Below, piece by piece: positions 1-10,323 of a stretch of DNA of 15,592 bases (its first letter is position 1; each line of letters begins with the position of its first letter). The stretch covers positions 1 to 15,592 of the forward strand of contig CAYYPT010000044.1 in the NCBI GenBank assembly GCA_964473625.1. The letters are read 5' to 3'. The stretch is from an uncultured bacterium. GTDB lineage: Bacteria > Zhuqueibacterota > QNDG01 > DSAB01. Position numbers and translations under genes: made by a program. Below the pieces are notes generated by a model that made no database searches, had not been told where the DNA came from, and saw nothing but the letters and a program-made list of their open reading frames with translations.

Positions 1-1684
1 GGATTTGTTTTCCTGTGGTGGTAAATTTGGGTTTGCTCCCACCGAGAAGAATGTTGAGTCCACGTCTGTCCATTGCAGAAATAATATCCAGTACATTTGG
101 ATCCAGAACTTCAGGGTAGGGAAAAACAACGGAGTTGTATTTTCGTTCTTTAATTTGTATACCATTGGGTAAAATACGACTGTTTTTAAGAAGTGCAGTT
201 GAGACAACATCTAACTGAATTCCAGCTTTTATCAATTTTAAAATTAATTTTCTTATTGATTCAGTTATCTCCTTGGCATCGTTTGGGTCCTTAACCATAA
301 TCGTTTCGGTTGGGAATATAATAATCACGTCTGCTTCAGGAGAACGAAACCCAGTGATGTTATTTATCAACTCAATTTTTTTGTTCCATTCTTCCGCCTT
401 GCGAGTATGAGATAACCATTTAATTGAAAAGAGTCCCATTAAATCTATCAAATATGAAAGTTCTTCTTTAGTGTAATTTTTTTTGTGGAAATTTAAGAAG
501 GTTGTTTTAGTTTCAGAGAAAATACTCAAACTCTTGGCAATGGCCAGTGTTGGAATAATAGAATCGGAATCAAAGCTTTTCGCTCCTTCTGTTTCTGTGA
601 ATATTAAGTTTACTTTATCTAGACTCCGCCATGGGTCAAGATTCCCCTGGACTAATGAATCAGCTGGGTTCTTTTGGAAATTAGAGGTGTAATGAAGTCC
701 AATATTCAGCTGACTAAAAAAACTATGGATAGCCTTAAAGAAATCTTGCTGTGCACCGAAGACAGTATCCATAAGAAGTGAGTAATAATTACATCTTATA
801 TATATGTGAGATCCATCATCTACATTTAACACTAATCCGTATAAAACCTCTCTTAAGTCGTATCCGTATTCTGATATAAAAGAATTATAAAGTGAGAGAC
901 TTACTGGGAAACGTCCCATTTCTACCAGGTAACCTGTTCCTCCTCTGCCCCATGTTGTACCGTCCATATGAGCGCAGGCGTCAAATAGGTTTTCGATAAA
1001 TTCGTACAGCAAATCGTTGCTATTACGTCCTGCATAATCATAGAGATTGGTATCGAATTTTGGGAAAGCCATTACCCACCATTCTTCGTCATCCGGTACT
1101 TTCACATTCCCGAATACTTCTGCGTATCCTTTTGCAATGTTGGTGAAAAAATGACTCACAGAGGTAATATCTCGTATTGTATCTTTTAAGATTGTTCTGT
1201 TTGTCATTTGAAATAAGAAAGCTTTTTCCAGCCCTGCAGGTTCAAAACATAGGGATGTTTCCTGAAGTAAGGAAGAATGATACACCCGTGGATATTCATA
1301 TCGTAGCTCAAAGTGATTTTCTGTTACAGGAGTAATGTTTAAATTTTTTTTGTTGAGTCTATCCCTGGATTTTCTGGTAATAATAAGATTCTGTGTTCGT
1401 TCACCTGTTTTGTTTATAAGAGTACGAGATGCCTGACGGGGGTCGGTATGGAACCAGAAAGCGAGATTTCGTTTTTTTGCCCACTGACTTACCTGCGCCA
1501 CTGTTTGGAGCACTTTCCAGTCGGTTAGTTCATATCTTGTCCCGCTGATGTCTACCAGAATACCAGAAAATCCCTGCGAGCATATTTTTACTAATTCTGT
1601 TTTTGCTGTTTTTGGATTTTCTATTTCTCGGTCTTTCCATTTCCATAGAAAAAAGGTTTCCTTGTATTTTTGGTGATCGGACAC
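1..1684 (-). CDS. Large hypothetical protein, C-terminally truncated by window edge (more than 560 aa present). Function unknown; possibly a TIM-barrel glycoside-hydrolase-like protein.
   Basis: Minus-strand frame is open from GTG at 1682-1684 to position 1 with no stop, so it is absent from the complete-ORF track. An in-frame TAG lies 8 codons upstream of the GTG. GGAGG precedes the GTG by 4 nt. Product begins VSDHQKYKETFFLWKWKDRE and contains GFSGILVD and FWFHTDPRQ. Other frames here hold only short ORFs. Confidence 0.6.
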   Translation of the reverse strand, partial: MSDHQKYKETFFLWKWKDREIENPKTAKTELVKICSQGFSGILVDISGTRYELTDWKVLQTVAQVSQWAKKRNLAFWFHTDPRQASRTLINKTGERTQNLIITRKSRDRLNKKNLNITPVTENHFELRYEYPRVYHSSLLQETSLCFEPAGLEKAFLFQMTNRTILKDTIRDITSVSHFFTNIAKGYAEVFGNVKVPDDEEWWVMAFPKFDTNLYDYAGRNSNDLLYEFIENLFDACAHMDGTTWGRGGTGYLVEMGRFPVSLSLYNSFISEYGYDLREVLYGLVLNVDDGSHIYIRCNYYSLLMDTVFGAQQDFFKAIHSFFSQLNIGLHYTSNFQKNPADSLVQGNLDPWRSLDKVNLIFTETEGAKSFDSDSIIPTLAIAKSLSIFSETKTTFLNFHKKNYTKEELSYLIDLMGLFSIKWLSHTRKAEEWNKKIELINNITGFRSPEADVIIIFPTETIMVKDPNDAKEITESIRKLILKLIKAGIQLDVVSTALLKNSRILPNGIQIKERKYNSVVFPYPEVLDPNVLDIISAMDRRGLNILLGGSKPKFTTTGKQI

Positions 1685-1792
1685 GATACCTCCTTTTTCC
1701 CTTGATTTCTAACTATTCAAGGATGAATATAAGAATAGAAAATAACAAATCAAAATTTCTCTACAAATAGTGTGCCACTTTCCTTTTTAAGC

Positions 1793-1821
1793 TTGACAAT
1801 GTCTGGGCGAAAACGTATATT
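1793..1821 (+). promoter_or_regulatory. Sigma-70-type promoter for gatC and the downstream cluster: TTGACA (1793-1798), 17-nt spacer, TATATT (1816-1821).
   Basis: Perfect -35 hexamer and near-consensus -10 with 17-nt spacing, 43 nt upstream of the gatC ATG. Lies in the 180-nt divergent intergenic region. Confidence 0.45.
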
Positions 1822-1863
1822 TATCGTGTACTTGTTGGTTAGTGTTTTTAAGGGATACGGTTT

Positions 1864-2154
1864 ATGCAGATTACTAAAAGAGACGTAGAAACAGTTGCCA
1901 GCCTGGCAAAACTTTATTTTTCTGACGAAGAAAAGGAGAAATTTAGAACCCAACTTGAGCAAATTTTGACTTATGTTGAACAGTTAAATGAACTAAATAC
2001 AGAAAATGTGGAACCGACTTATTTTGTTCAACATACAGGAGATGCTATGCGTGAAGATCAGGTAAAGGCATCTCTGCCGAGAGATGAAGCTTTACGAAAT
2101 GCTCCAGCAAAGGCGCATGGGTTTGTACGAGTACCAAAAGTTATACAAGAGTAG
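1864..2154 (+). CDS. gatC: Asp-tRNA(Asn)/Glu-tRNA(Gln) amidotransferase subunit C (GatC)
   Basis: 96 aa: MQITKRDVETVASLAKLYFSDEEKEKF...QLNELNTENVEPT...VPKVIQE. Length and sequence are typical of GatC. AAGGGA lies 7 nt upstream of the ATG. Confidence 0.85.
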   Translation: MQITKRDVETVASLAKLYFSDEEKEKFRTQLEQILTYVEQLNELNTENVEPTYFVQHTGDAMREDQVKASLPRDEALRNAPAKAHGFVRVPKVIQE

Positions 2155-2162
2155 CTATACCG

Positions 2163-4584
<2,422 letters not shown>

Positions 4585-4613
4585 TAACTCTTTTAACCGA
4601 AAAGGGAGATATA

Positions 4614-5462
4614 ATGCGTACAATTCACGTTGGTTCTGTTCCGATTGGGGAAAATTATCCGTTAGTTTTAATAGCAGGACCGTGTGTTATAGAATCTCTG
4701 GATCTAGTTTTGCAGGTAGCTGATACTGTGAGTAAAATTTGTGCAAAACTTAAAATTCCTTATATATTTAAGTCTTCATATCTGAAAGATAACAGGTCTT
4801 CATCCCTCAGTTTTCAGGGGCCGGGTTTGGAAGAAGGCCTTAAAATACTTGAGAAGGTAAAAAATGAGATAGGTGTTCCTGTTCTTTCTGATGTACACGA
4901 TCAACACAACATGAAAGCTGCGGCAGAAGTCTTAGACGTAATTCAAATCCCTGCTTATCTTTCCATGCAAACGAGCCTCACTCTGGCAGCGGCCAGAACA
5001 GGAAAAGTTATCAATGTAAAAAAAGGACAATTTCTCGATCCTCATGATGTAAAAAATATTGTAGGGAAGATCGAAGGGGAAGGGAATTATAATATCCTTT
5101 TAACAGAAAGAGGAAGCTGTTTTGGATATCACAACCTTGTAGTTGATATGCGCTCTTTTAAAATAATGCGTGAAATCGGATACCCAGTAGTTTTTGACGC
5201 AACGCATTCTATTAGAATATATGGGATTCCAAGTTCTGATCCCAGAGGGGGAGTTCCTCAATTTGTTCCAGCACTTTCTCGTGCAGCTGTAGCTGCTGGA
5301 ATAGATGCTATTTTCATTGAAACACATCCTCATTGTAGTGATGCACTTTGTGATGCAGCCAGCATGTGGCCTCTGGATCTTTTGGAACCTCTTCTTCTGC
5401 AACTAAAAGATATAGATGAGATGGTAAGATCCCAGAAAGAAATTGAACTGGAGGTGAAATGA
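4614..5462 (+). CDS. kdsA: 2-dehydro-3-deoxyphosphooctonate aldolase (Kdo-8-phosphate synthase)
   Basis: 282 aa: [12 protein letters not shown]...DVHD...VLQIPA...FDATHS. This is the KdsA/DAHP-synthase-fold signature. GGGAG SD upstream of ATG 4614. Confidence 0.9.
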   Translation: MRTIHVGSVPIGENYPLVLIAGPCVIESLDLVLQVADTVSKICAKLKIPYIFKSSYLKDNRSSSLSFQGPGLEEGLKILEKVKNEIGVPVLSDVHDQHNMKAAAEVLDVIQIPAYLSMQTSLTLAAARTGKVINVKKGQFLDPHDVKNIVGKIEGEGNYNILLTERGSCFGYHNLVVDMRSFKIMREIGYPVVFDATHSIRIYGIPSSDPRGGVPQFVPALSRAAVAAGIDAIFIETHPHCSDALCDAASMWPLDLLEPLLLQLKDIDEMVRSQKEIELEVK

Positions 5463-6109
5463 AATTTTTTGTTGATACTGCAGATGTTGAAGAAATAAAA
5501 GCGGCAAAAGCTCTTGGCCTTGCCGATGGTGTTACAACAAATCCCACGCTTATCCAGAAGTCGGGGAGAGATTTTCGCGAAACAATTACAGAAATAGCAG
5601 AACTTGTTGAGGGCCCTGTTAATGCCGAAGTTGTCAGTACTGATCTTAAAGGGATTATCAAAGAGGGAAAAGAAATGGCAAGCTGGGCTCCTAATGTTGT
5701 TATAAAAATTCCAATTACAAGGGAAGGCCTTGAAGCTGTTAAAGTTCTTGAATCCGAAGGAATCCATACTACAGTCACCCTTATTTTTTCTCCCTCTCAG
5801 GCTCTTTTAGCAGCCAAAGCCGGTGCTTCTTACATTTGTCCTTTTGTTGGTCGGCTTGATGATATTTCTCTGAATGGAATGGCTGTTGTTGAAGAGATAG
5901 CAGAGATTTATTATAATTATCCTGACATTAAAACTGAAATTATTGTTGCAAGCATCCGTACGCCAAATCATGTTTTAGAATCAGCACTCATTGGTGTGGA
6001 CGGTGTCACTGTTCCTTTCAAGGTTATTGAAAAGTTAATACACCATCCGCTGACTGATATCGGAATCAAGCGGTTCTTGGATGATTGGGAGAAGGTATGG
6101 AAGAGATAA
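5459..6109 (+). CDS. tal: Short-type transaldolase / fructose-6-phosphate aldolase family protein
   Basis: 216 aa: [16 protein letters not shown]...GVTTNPTLI...KIPIT..G...[26 protein letters not shown]. Closely parallels B. subtilis Tal and E. coli FsaA/TalC. The ATGA overlaps the kdsA stop. Confidence 0.9.
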   Translation: MKFFVDTADVEEIKAAKALGLADGVTTNPTLIQKSGRDFRETITEIAELVEGPVNAEVVSTDLKGIIKEGKEMASWAPNVVIKIPITREGLEAVKVLESEGIHTTVTLIFSPSQALLAAKAGASYICPFVGRLDDISLNGMAVVEEIAEIYYNYPDIKTEIIVASIRTPNHVLESALIGVDGVTVPFKVIEKLIHHPLTDIGIKRFLDDWEKVWKR

Positions 6110-8403
6110 GTGTAAAAATAAGCCAAGATCAAGATAATAATGAGCTAGTCATACTAGATAAAAATCGTGTTAAATTACCTAAATTATCTGCGGCAGAGAT
6201 GATAACTAACTTTGGGATCAAAAGTGAACATTATAAATGGAGCCTTAATCAAATCCGTGAACTCTATCACAAATTAGAAAGCCATAGAGAATCGAGTTTA
6301 AATCATCTTTTTAAGGAGTGGGAATCTATATATTCCCGAATATATGAAAAGTCCCCTTCTTTAGAGATTTTCCTGAACCAAGTTTACTTAACTGTTATAG
6401 CTAAGGCAACTCTATTTTTGAAATTTTCTACGAAAGATGCAGTGGATATTATTAATTGGCCTTCTTTTGATAAAAATACCATAGACTTTACTGGATGGAT
6501 GACTGATGAGAAGATAGTTAATAATGCAATAGTTTTGTTTCAAAAAACGGCAAAGATACTGTCAAATTATGATTTAGCAATTATAGAAGAAGATGTCTTC
6601 AGAGCATTATATGAAGAAATAATTGAGGGAGCTCAGAGGCACAAACTTGGTGAATATTATACACCAAAGTGGCTTGTAGGACTTGTTTTAAAAGAAGCAC
6701 TATCGCTGTGGGATAGAAATTTTCCTCCGAAAATTTTTGATCCAGCTTGCGGTTCTGGTACATTTTTAGTTTATGCAGCTTTATACTTAAAAGAAAAATA
6801 TAAATTACCTGCCAACGCCCTTGTAGAATATATTGCTGGATTAGATATAAATCCTATTGCAGTTATAGTAGCAAAAACAAATCTTGCAGTAGTATTGGAT
6901 GATCCTAATCTTTCCCGATTTCAAATCTATAACCGAGATGCATTAAAGAACTATGATTTATTCGATTCCAATACAGATGTAAGTAGATATAACGTAATTG
7001 TAGGGAACCCTCCTTGGATTGTGTTAAGATCAATTAAAAATAAAAATTATCAAAATTTTGTTAAAAAGGAAATGATAAAGTATAAGTTGATAACAAATGG
7101 TGACGTGCATCTTTATACCCAATTGGACACATCGGCACTATTTTTCAATAAATGCACGGATAGATATCTAAATAAAAATGGTATTATCGCTTTCGTAATG
7201 CCCAGAAGTGTAATTGGAGGTACCCATCAACATAAAAATTTCAGAAAGTTTAAATATCCTTCAACAAGGCTAATAAAAGTTATTGATTTGGAAGAGGTTA
7301 ATCCGCTTTTTAATATGCCTTCCTGTGTATTAATAGGTCGCAAAGGTGATAGGAATGTCTATCCAGTTCCTTTGGATAAATATAGAGGGGAGTTACCCGA
7401 TAGAGATTTAGATTTCCAAAATGCAAAATCGATCTTATGTTTGCAGAGTGATAAATACATCCCGAAAATTAATGGAGAGAAAAAAAGTTATTACTATAAT
7501 AAATTCAAAGTCGGATTAAGTATTTTCCCCCGTTCCTTTTACTTCCTCGACTTGGAGCGGATTAATGACAAAATTGTCTCAGTTAAAACGTCTAAAGAAG
7601 TCCTTAGAATCGTAAAAGAACCTTGGAAACATGAATTAACCGGAGCTATCGAGAAGGATTTTATATTTTGTACTATTCTTCCCTGTAAAATGGTGCCATT
7701 TGGGTATATGGAAGTGCATCCAGTGGTTTTACCTATAAGGAGAAATGACAAATATGAGCTTCTTGACTTTAATGATATGAAACAAATGGGTTGCAATGGC
7801 TTGTATAAATGGTTTAAAAATGCCCAAAGAATATGGGATAATTATAAAACTGAGAAGGCTAAAGAGAGATTTCCACGATTATTAGATAGACTTAATTACA
7901 ATAATCTTATTGAGTTTCAGCACCCTGGCAATAAATACGTCGTTCTATACAATGCCACTGGCAAAAATATAACATCCTGTGTTATAGACAAAAGATATCT
8001 CCCCGAATTTATGGTAAATAGTAAAAATCTTCACCCAAAAGGATTCATAGCGGATGTTAAAACCTGGCTATTTGAAACAAATTCCGAAAATGAAGCATAT
8101 TACCTTGCTACAATTCTTAATTCTGCTCTTCTGAACATGCTAATTAAGCCTTTTCAACCTCGCGGTTTGTATGGTGCAAGAGCGATACATCGCAGACCGT
8201 TAGAATTTCCGATATCAAAATTTGATGATAAAAATGGAACACATGCTGAAGTCGCTTTGTTAGGGAAAAATCTTCATTCAAAAGTCCAAAATTTAATCCA
8301 GAAAAATATATCTAAGAGTCAGATAAGAAAATATATACAAAATGATCTCAGTAAAATAAATATGCTTATGAAGAATTTGTTTCGGATAGAGGAGGTAAGC
8401 TAA
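6097..8403 (+). CDS. Gamma-class N6-adenine-specific DNA methyltransferase, 769 aa from ATG 6097. It carries a ~180-aa N-terminal domain and a ~450-aa C-terminal putative target-recognition region. Probable R-M or defense-system component.
   Basis: Motif [11 protein letters not shown] (about 6649-6678). Motif [16 protein letters not shown] (about 6736-6780). Motif [12 protein letters not shown] (NPPW at 7006-7017). The order X-I-IV with a C-terminal TRD defines the gamma class. ATG 6097 follows GGGAG (6087-6091) at 5-nt spacing. The track's TTG 6085 is an alternative start. The region is very AT-rich relative to its flanks. Confidence 0.85.
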   Translation: MEEISVKISQDQDNNELVILDKNRVKLPKLSAAEMITNFGIKSEHYKWSLNQIRELYHKLESHRESSLNHLFKEWESIYSRIYEKSPSLEIFLNQVYLTVIAKATLFLKFSTKDAVDIINWPSFDKNTIDFTGWMTDEKIVNNAIVLFQKTAKILSNYDLAIIEEDVFRALYEEIIEGAQRHKLGEYYTPKWLVGLVLKEALSLWDRNFPPKIFDPACGSGTFLVYAALYLKEKYKLPANALVEYIAGLDINPIAVIVAKTNLAVVLDDPNLSRFQIYNRDALKNYDLFDSNTDVSRYNVIVGNPPWIVLRSIKNKNYQNFVKKEMIKYKLITNGDVHLYTQLDTSALFFNKCTDRYLNKNGIIAFVMPRSVIGGTHQHKNFRKFKYPSTRLIKVIDLEEVNPLFNMPSCVLIGRKGDRNVYPVPLDKYRGELPDRDLDFQNAKSILCLQSDKYIPKINGEKKSYYYNKFKVGLSIFPRSFYFLDLERINDKIVSVKTSKEVLRIVKEPWKHELTGAIEKDFIFCTILPCKMVPFGYMEVHPVVLPIRRNDKYELLDFNDMKQMGCNGLYKWFKNAQRIWDNYKTEKAKERFPRLLDRLNYNNLIEFQHPGNKYVVLYNATGKNITSCVIDKRYLPEFMVNSKNLHPKGFIADVKTWLFETNSENEAYYLATILNSALLNMLIKPFQPRGLYGARAIHRRPLEFPISKFDDKNGTHAEVALLGKNLHSKVQNLIQKNISKSQIRKYIQNDLSKINMLMKNLFRIEEVS

Positions 8404-9152
8404 TGTCAGTTAATAAGCTAAGCTTAATCCAAACTCTTCGGAGGATAAAACAGGAGTATGAAGATGCGATAAGAAATGGAAATTATACTAATTTGATACG
8501 TTCAAAGAAATTAATAAATATACTTCATAAGTTCGTTATAAGTGAATTGCGTAATATGGTAAATGATGGTTGGATAATTACAGATAAAAAGGTGTATGGA
8601 TTCCCAAAGAAAAAAGAACAAGATATTCTAATTCAGCCCCCTCAAGATGGTACAAACATTACTGTGGGACCTATGCTTTCTATTAACGTGAGAAGCCAAT
8701 TGAGTTCTATCGAGAAAAATTATGATACTCTTTTTGAAAGGATTTTTGCCGAGGCACTGAATTTACACAATCGTTTTCCATACATGGTTTTAGGATATCT
8801 ATATTTGCTTCCATATATTGGGTATGATTCTGATGCTGCAAAGGAAAGAGAGGTAAGACTTAGAGAGCAGTATGATTTAGAAAAATATATTTTGAGTTTT
8901 CTTTCAGTTTCTGGTAGGCAAAATCCAAGTGACGTTCCTTGGAAATACGAAAGGATATGTTTGCTAATAGTAGATTTTGCAGAGGATCCTCCCAAGATAA
9001 TTGATGATATGAAGCTATTTGTTGAAAGAGATTTAGTATCTGAAAAATTTGCAAATATGTATAGTTTTAATAGTCTATCAATAGAGAATTTCTTCAATGA
9101 ACTTTATAAGTATATGATGGAAAGGCACTATCTTTTGATTAAGGGTGATTAA
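8403..9152 (+). CDS. Hypothetical 249-aa protein translationally coupled to the methyltransferase. Candidate cognate restriction endonuclease or other defense effector; unproven.
   Basis: ATG 8403-8405 overlaps the MTase TAA (8401-8403) as TAATG. Same AT-rich composition as the MTase. No recognisable family motif; a weak D...(E)QD stretch at ITDKKVYGFPKKKEQDILIQ is the only PD-(D/E)xK-like candidate. Confidence 0.6.
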   Translation: MSVNKLSLIQTLRRIKQEYEDAIRNGNYTNLIRSKKLINILHKFVISELRNMVNDGWIITDKKVYGFPKKKEQDILIQPPQDGTNITVGPMLSINVRSQLSSIEKNYDTLFERIFAEALNLHNRFPYMVLGYLYLLPYIGYDSDAAKEREVRLREQYDLEKYILSFLSVSGRQNPSDVPWKYERICLLIVDFAEDPPKIIDDMKLFVERDLVSEKFANMYSFNSLSIENFFNELYKYMMERHYLLIKGD

Positions 9153-9159
9153 AAATGGT

Positions 9160-9300
9160 TAAACGCAGCGACGGCGGGCACTCTTGCGGCCCTTCGAGTT
9201 GCTCGGGGTGATCACACTCTCACCTAACAGTGTGTGTATGGTTCGTTCTATTTACTCAAATGTTGCCTTAGGTGTTTTGCGAACTCGCCACTTCTTAGGT
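9160..9300. other. GC-rich structured non-coding segment. Possible small RNA, insertion scar or att remnant.
   Basis: Abrupt switch from about 25 percent GC in the island genes to a GC-rich run (gcagcgacggcgggcactcttgcggcccttcgagttgctcggggtg). Hairpins cgag-ttg-ctcg (9195-9205) and cacact-N10-agtgtg (9213-9234). No ORF of 60 aa or more on either strand. Confidence 0.35.
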
Positions 9301-9350
9301 AAAACATTTAAAAAGAATTGTATCTATAAATAGCTATTGGCATTACTGTT

Positions 9351-10310
9351 ATGAGCATTGAAAAAGGAAAAGAGGTCATCAGGATAGAAGCCGAAGCTGT
9401 CCAGGCTCTGATAGATCGGATTGATGAAAATTTTGAAAAAGCTGTAAATATGCTTTTGAACTGTAAGGGAAGAGTTATCGTAACTGGTATGGGAAAGTCC
9501 GGAATTATTGCCCAGAAGATTGCTTCCATGTTAACCAGTACAGGTACAGCAGCTTTTTTCCTTCATCCTGCTGAAGGCGTGCATGGTGATCTTGGAGCTG
9601 TTTTAAAAGAAGATGTTGTTATCTGTATTTCCAAAAGCGGTAACACTGAAGAGATTCTCCGATTGCTTCCCCTTTTCAGGCGCCAAGGGGTTCCTCTTAT
9701 AGCGCTGACAGGAAATTTGAATTCTGATCTTGCCAAGCGAAGTGATATTGTATTAGACGTAAGTGTAAAAGAAGAGGCCTGTCCTTACGACATCATTCCG
9801 AGTTCCAGTACTACTGCTGCCCTTGTTATGGGAGATGCTTTGGCACTGGCAGTTTTTCAGGAAAGAGGCTTGAGTGTTGAAGACTTTGCTCAGTTTCATC
9901 CCGGAGGCGACATTGGTAAACGTCTGCTTCTCAAAGTGGACGATGTAATGCGAACGGGAGAGGACATTGCCAGCGTAAATGTGGATACTCCTCTTCCCCA
10001 GACGATTCTGGAAATTACTTCCAAAAGGCTGGGAGCTACCTGCGTAATGAATGGTAATGGAAAGCTGGCAGGGATTATTACTGATGGCGATCTTCGCCGT
10101 CTCATGGAACAAAGACATAATGTATGGGATCTTAAAGCTAAAGATATTATGACGAAAGATCCTAAATGTGTTCCTTCTGGCGTATTAGCAGCAAAGGCAC
10201 TTCATGTTATGGAGGAATACAGTATTAACCAGTTGATAGTTGTGGATGAGAAGAATCAGGCAGTGGGTATGGTTCATGTTCATGACTTGTTAAAAGCAGG
10301 GCTTGCTTGA
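9351..10310 (+). CDS. kdsD: Arabinose-5-phosphate isomerase (KdsD/KpsF family; SIS domain plus tandem CBS domains)
   Basis: 319 aa. VIVTGMGKSGIIAQKIASMLTSTGT...FLHP.E..HGDLG is the SIS domain. The C-terminal CBS pair ends VVDE...VGMVHVHDLLKAGL. The alignment to E. coli KdsD holds over the whole length. No SD is visible before ATG 9351. Confidence 0.85.
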   Translation: MSIEKGKEVIRIEAEAVQALIDRIDENFEKAVNMLLNCKGRVIVTGMGKSGIIAQKIASMLTSTGTAAFFLHPAEGVHGDLGAVLKEDVVICISKSGNTEEILRLLPLFRRQGVPLIALTGNLNSDLAKRSDIVLDVSVKEEACPYDIIPSSSTTAALVMGDALALAVFQERGLSVEDFAQFHPGGDIGKRLLLKVDDVMRTGEDIASVNVDTPLPQTILEITSKRLGATCVMNGNGKLAGIITDGDLRRLMEQRHNVWDLKAKDIMTKDPKCVPSGVLAAKALHVMEEYSINQLIVVDEKNQAVGMVHVHDLLKAGLA

Positions 10311-10323
10311 AGGACAAAGCAGT

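Noticed and set aside
483-692. 69-aa plus-strand ORF
   Set aside because: Embedded in, and antisense to, the long open minus-strand frame 1-1684. No SD.
5314-5778. Two overlapping minus-strand ORFs (154 and 145 aa) antisense to the kdsA/tal junction
   Set aside because: Both are antisense shadows of well-supported genes, differ only by frame, and have no SD.
7487-7497. A7 homopolymer inside the methyltransferase as a possible phase-variation slippage tract
   Set aside because: Only 7 nt. Similar A7 tracts occur in core genes, for example kdsB at 2172-2178, so it reflects AT-richness. Phase-variable MTases usually carry longer G/C tracts or repeat units.
6075-9170. Similar short strings GATGATTGGGAGAAGGTATGG (left edge) and GGTGATTAAAAATGG (right edge) as target-site duplication of the island
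   Set aside because: The match is degenerate (G.TGATT...ATGG) and easily arises by chance in AT-rich sequence. No integrase is present to suggest a site-specific event.
9236-9250. GGTTCGTTC resembling a tRNA T-arm (GGTTCGAATCC), as a possible tRNA remnant or integration target
   Set aside because: No acceptor, D or anticodon stem could be built around it. The match is only 6-7 nt.
9753-10118. Minus-strand ORFs of 121 and 69 aa inside kdsD
   Set aside because: Antisense to a confidently identified SIS/CBS gene. The composition (R/S-rich) is typical of GC-skewed shadow frames.
10303-10323. Track start TTG 10303 for the LptC-like gene
   Set aside because: It would add MLEGQSS before a textbook signal peptide and overlap the kdsD stop. 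ATG 10324 with an upstream AAGGA is the better start.
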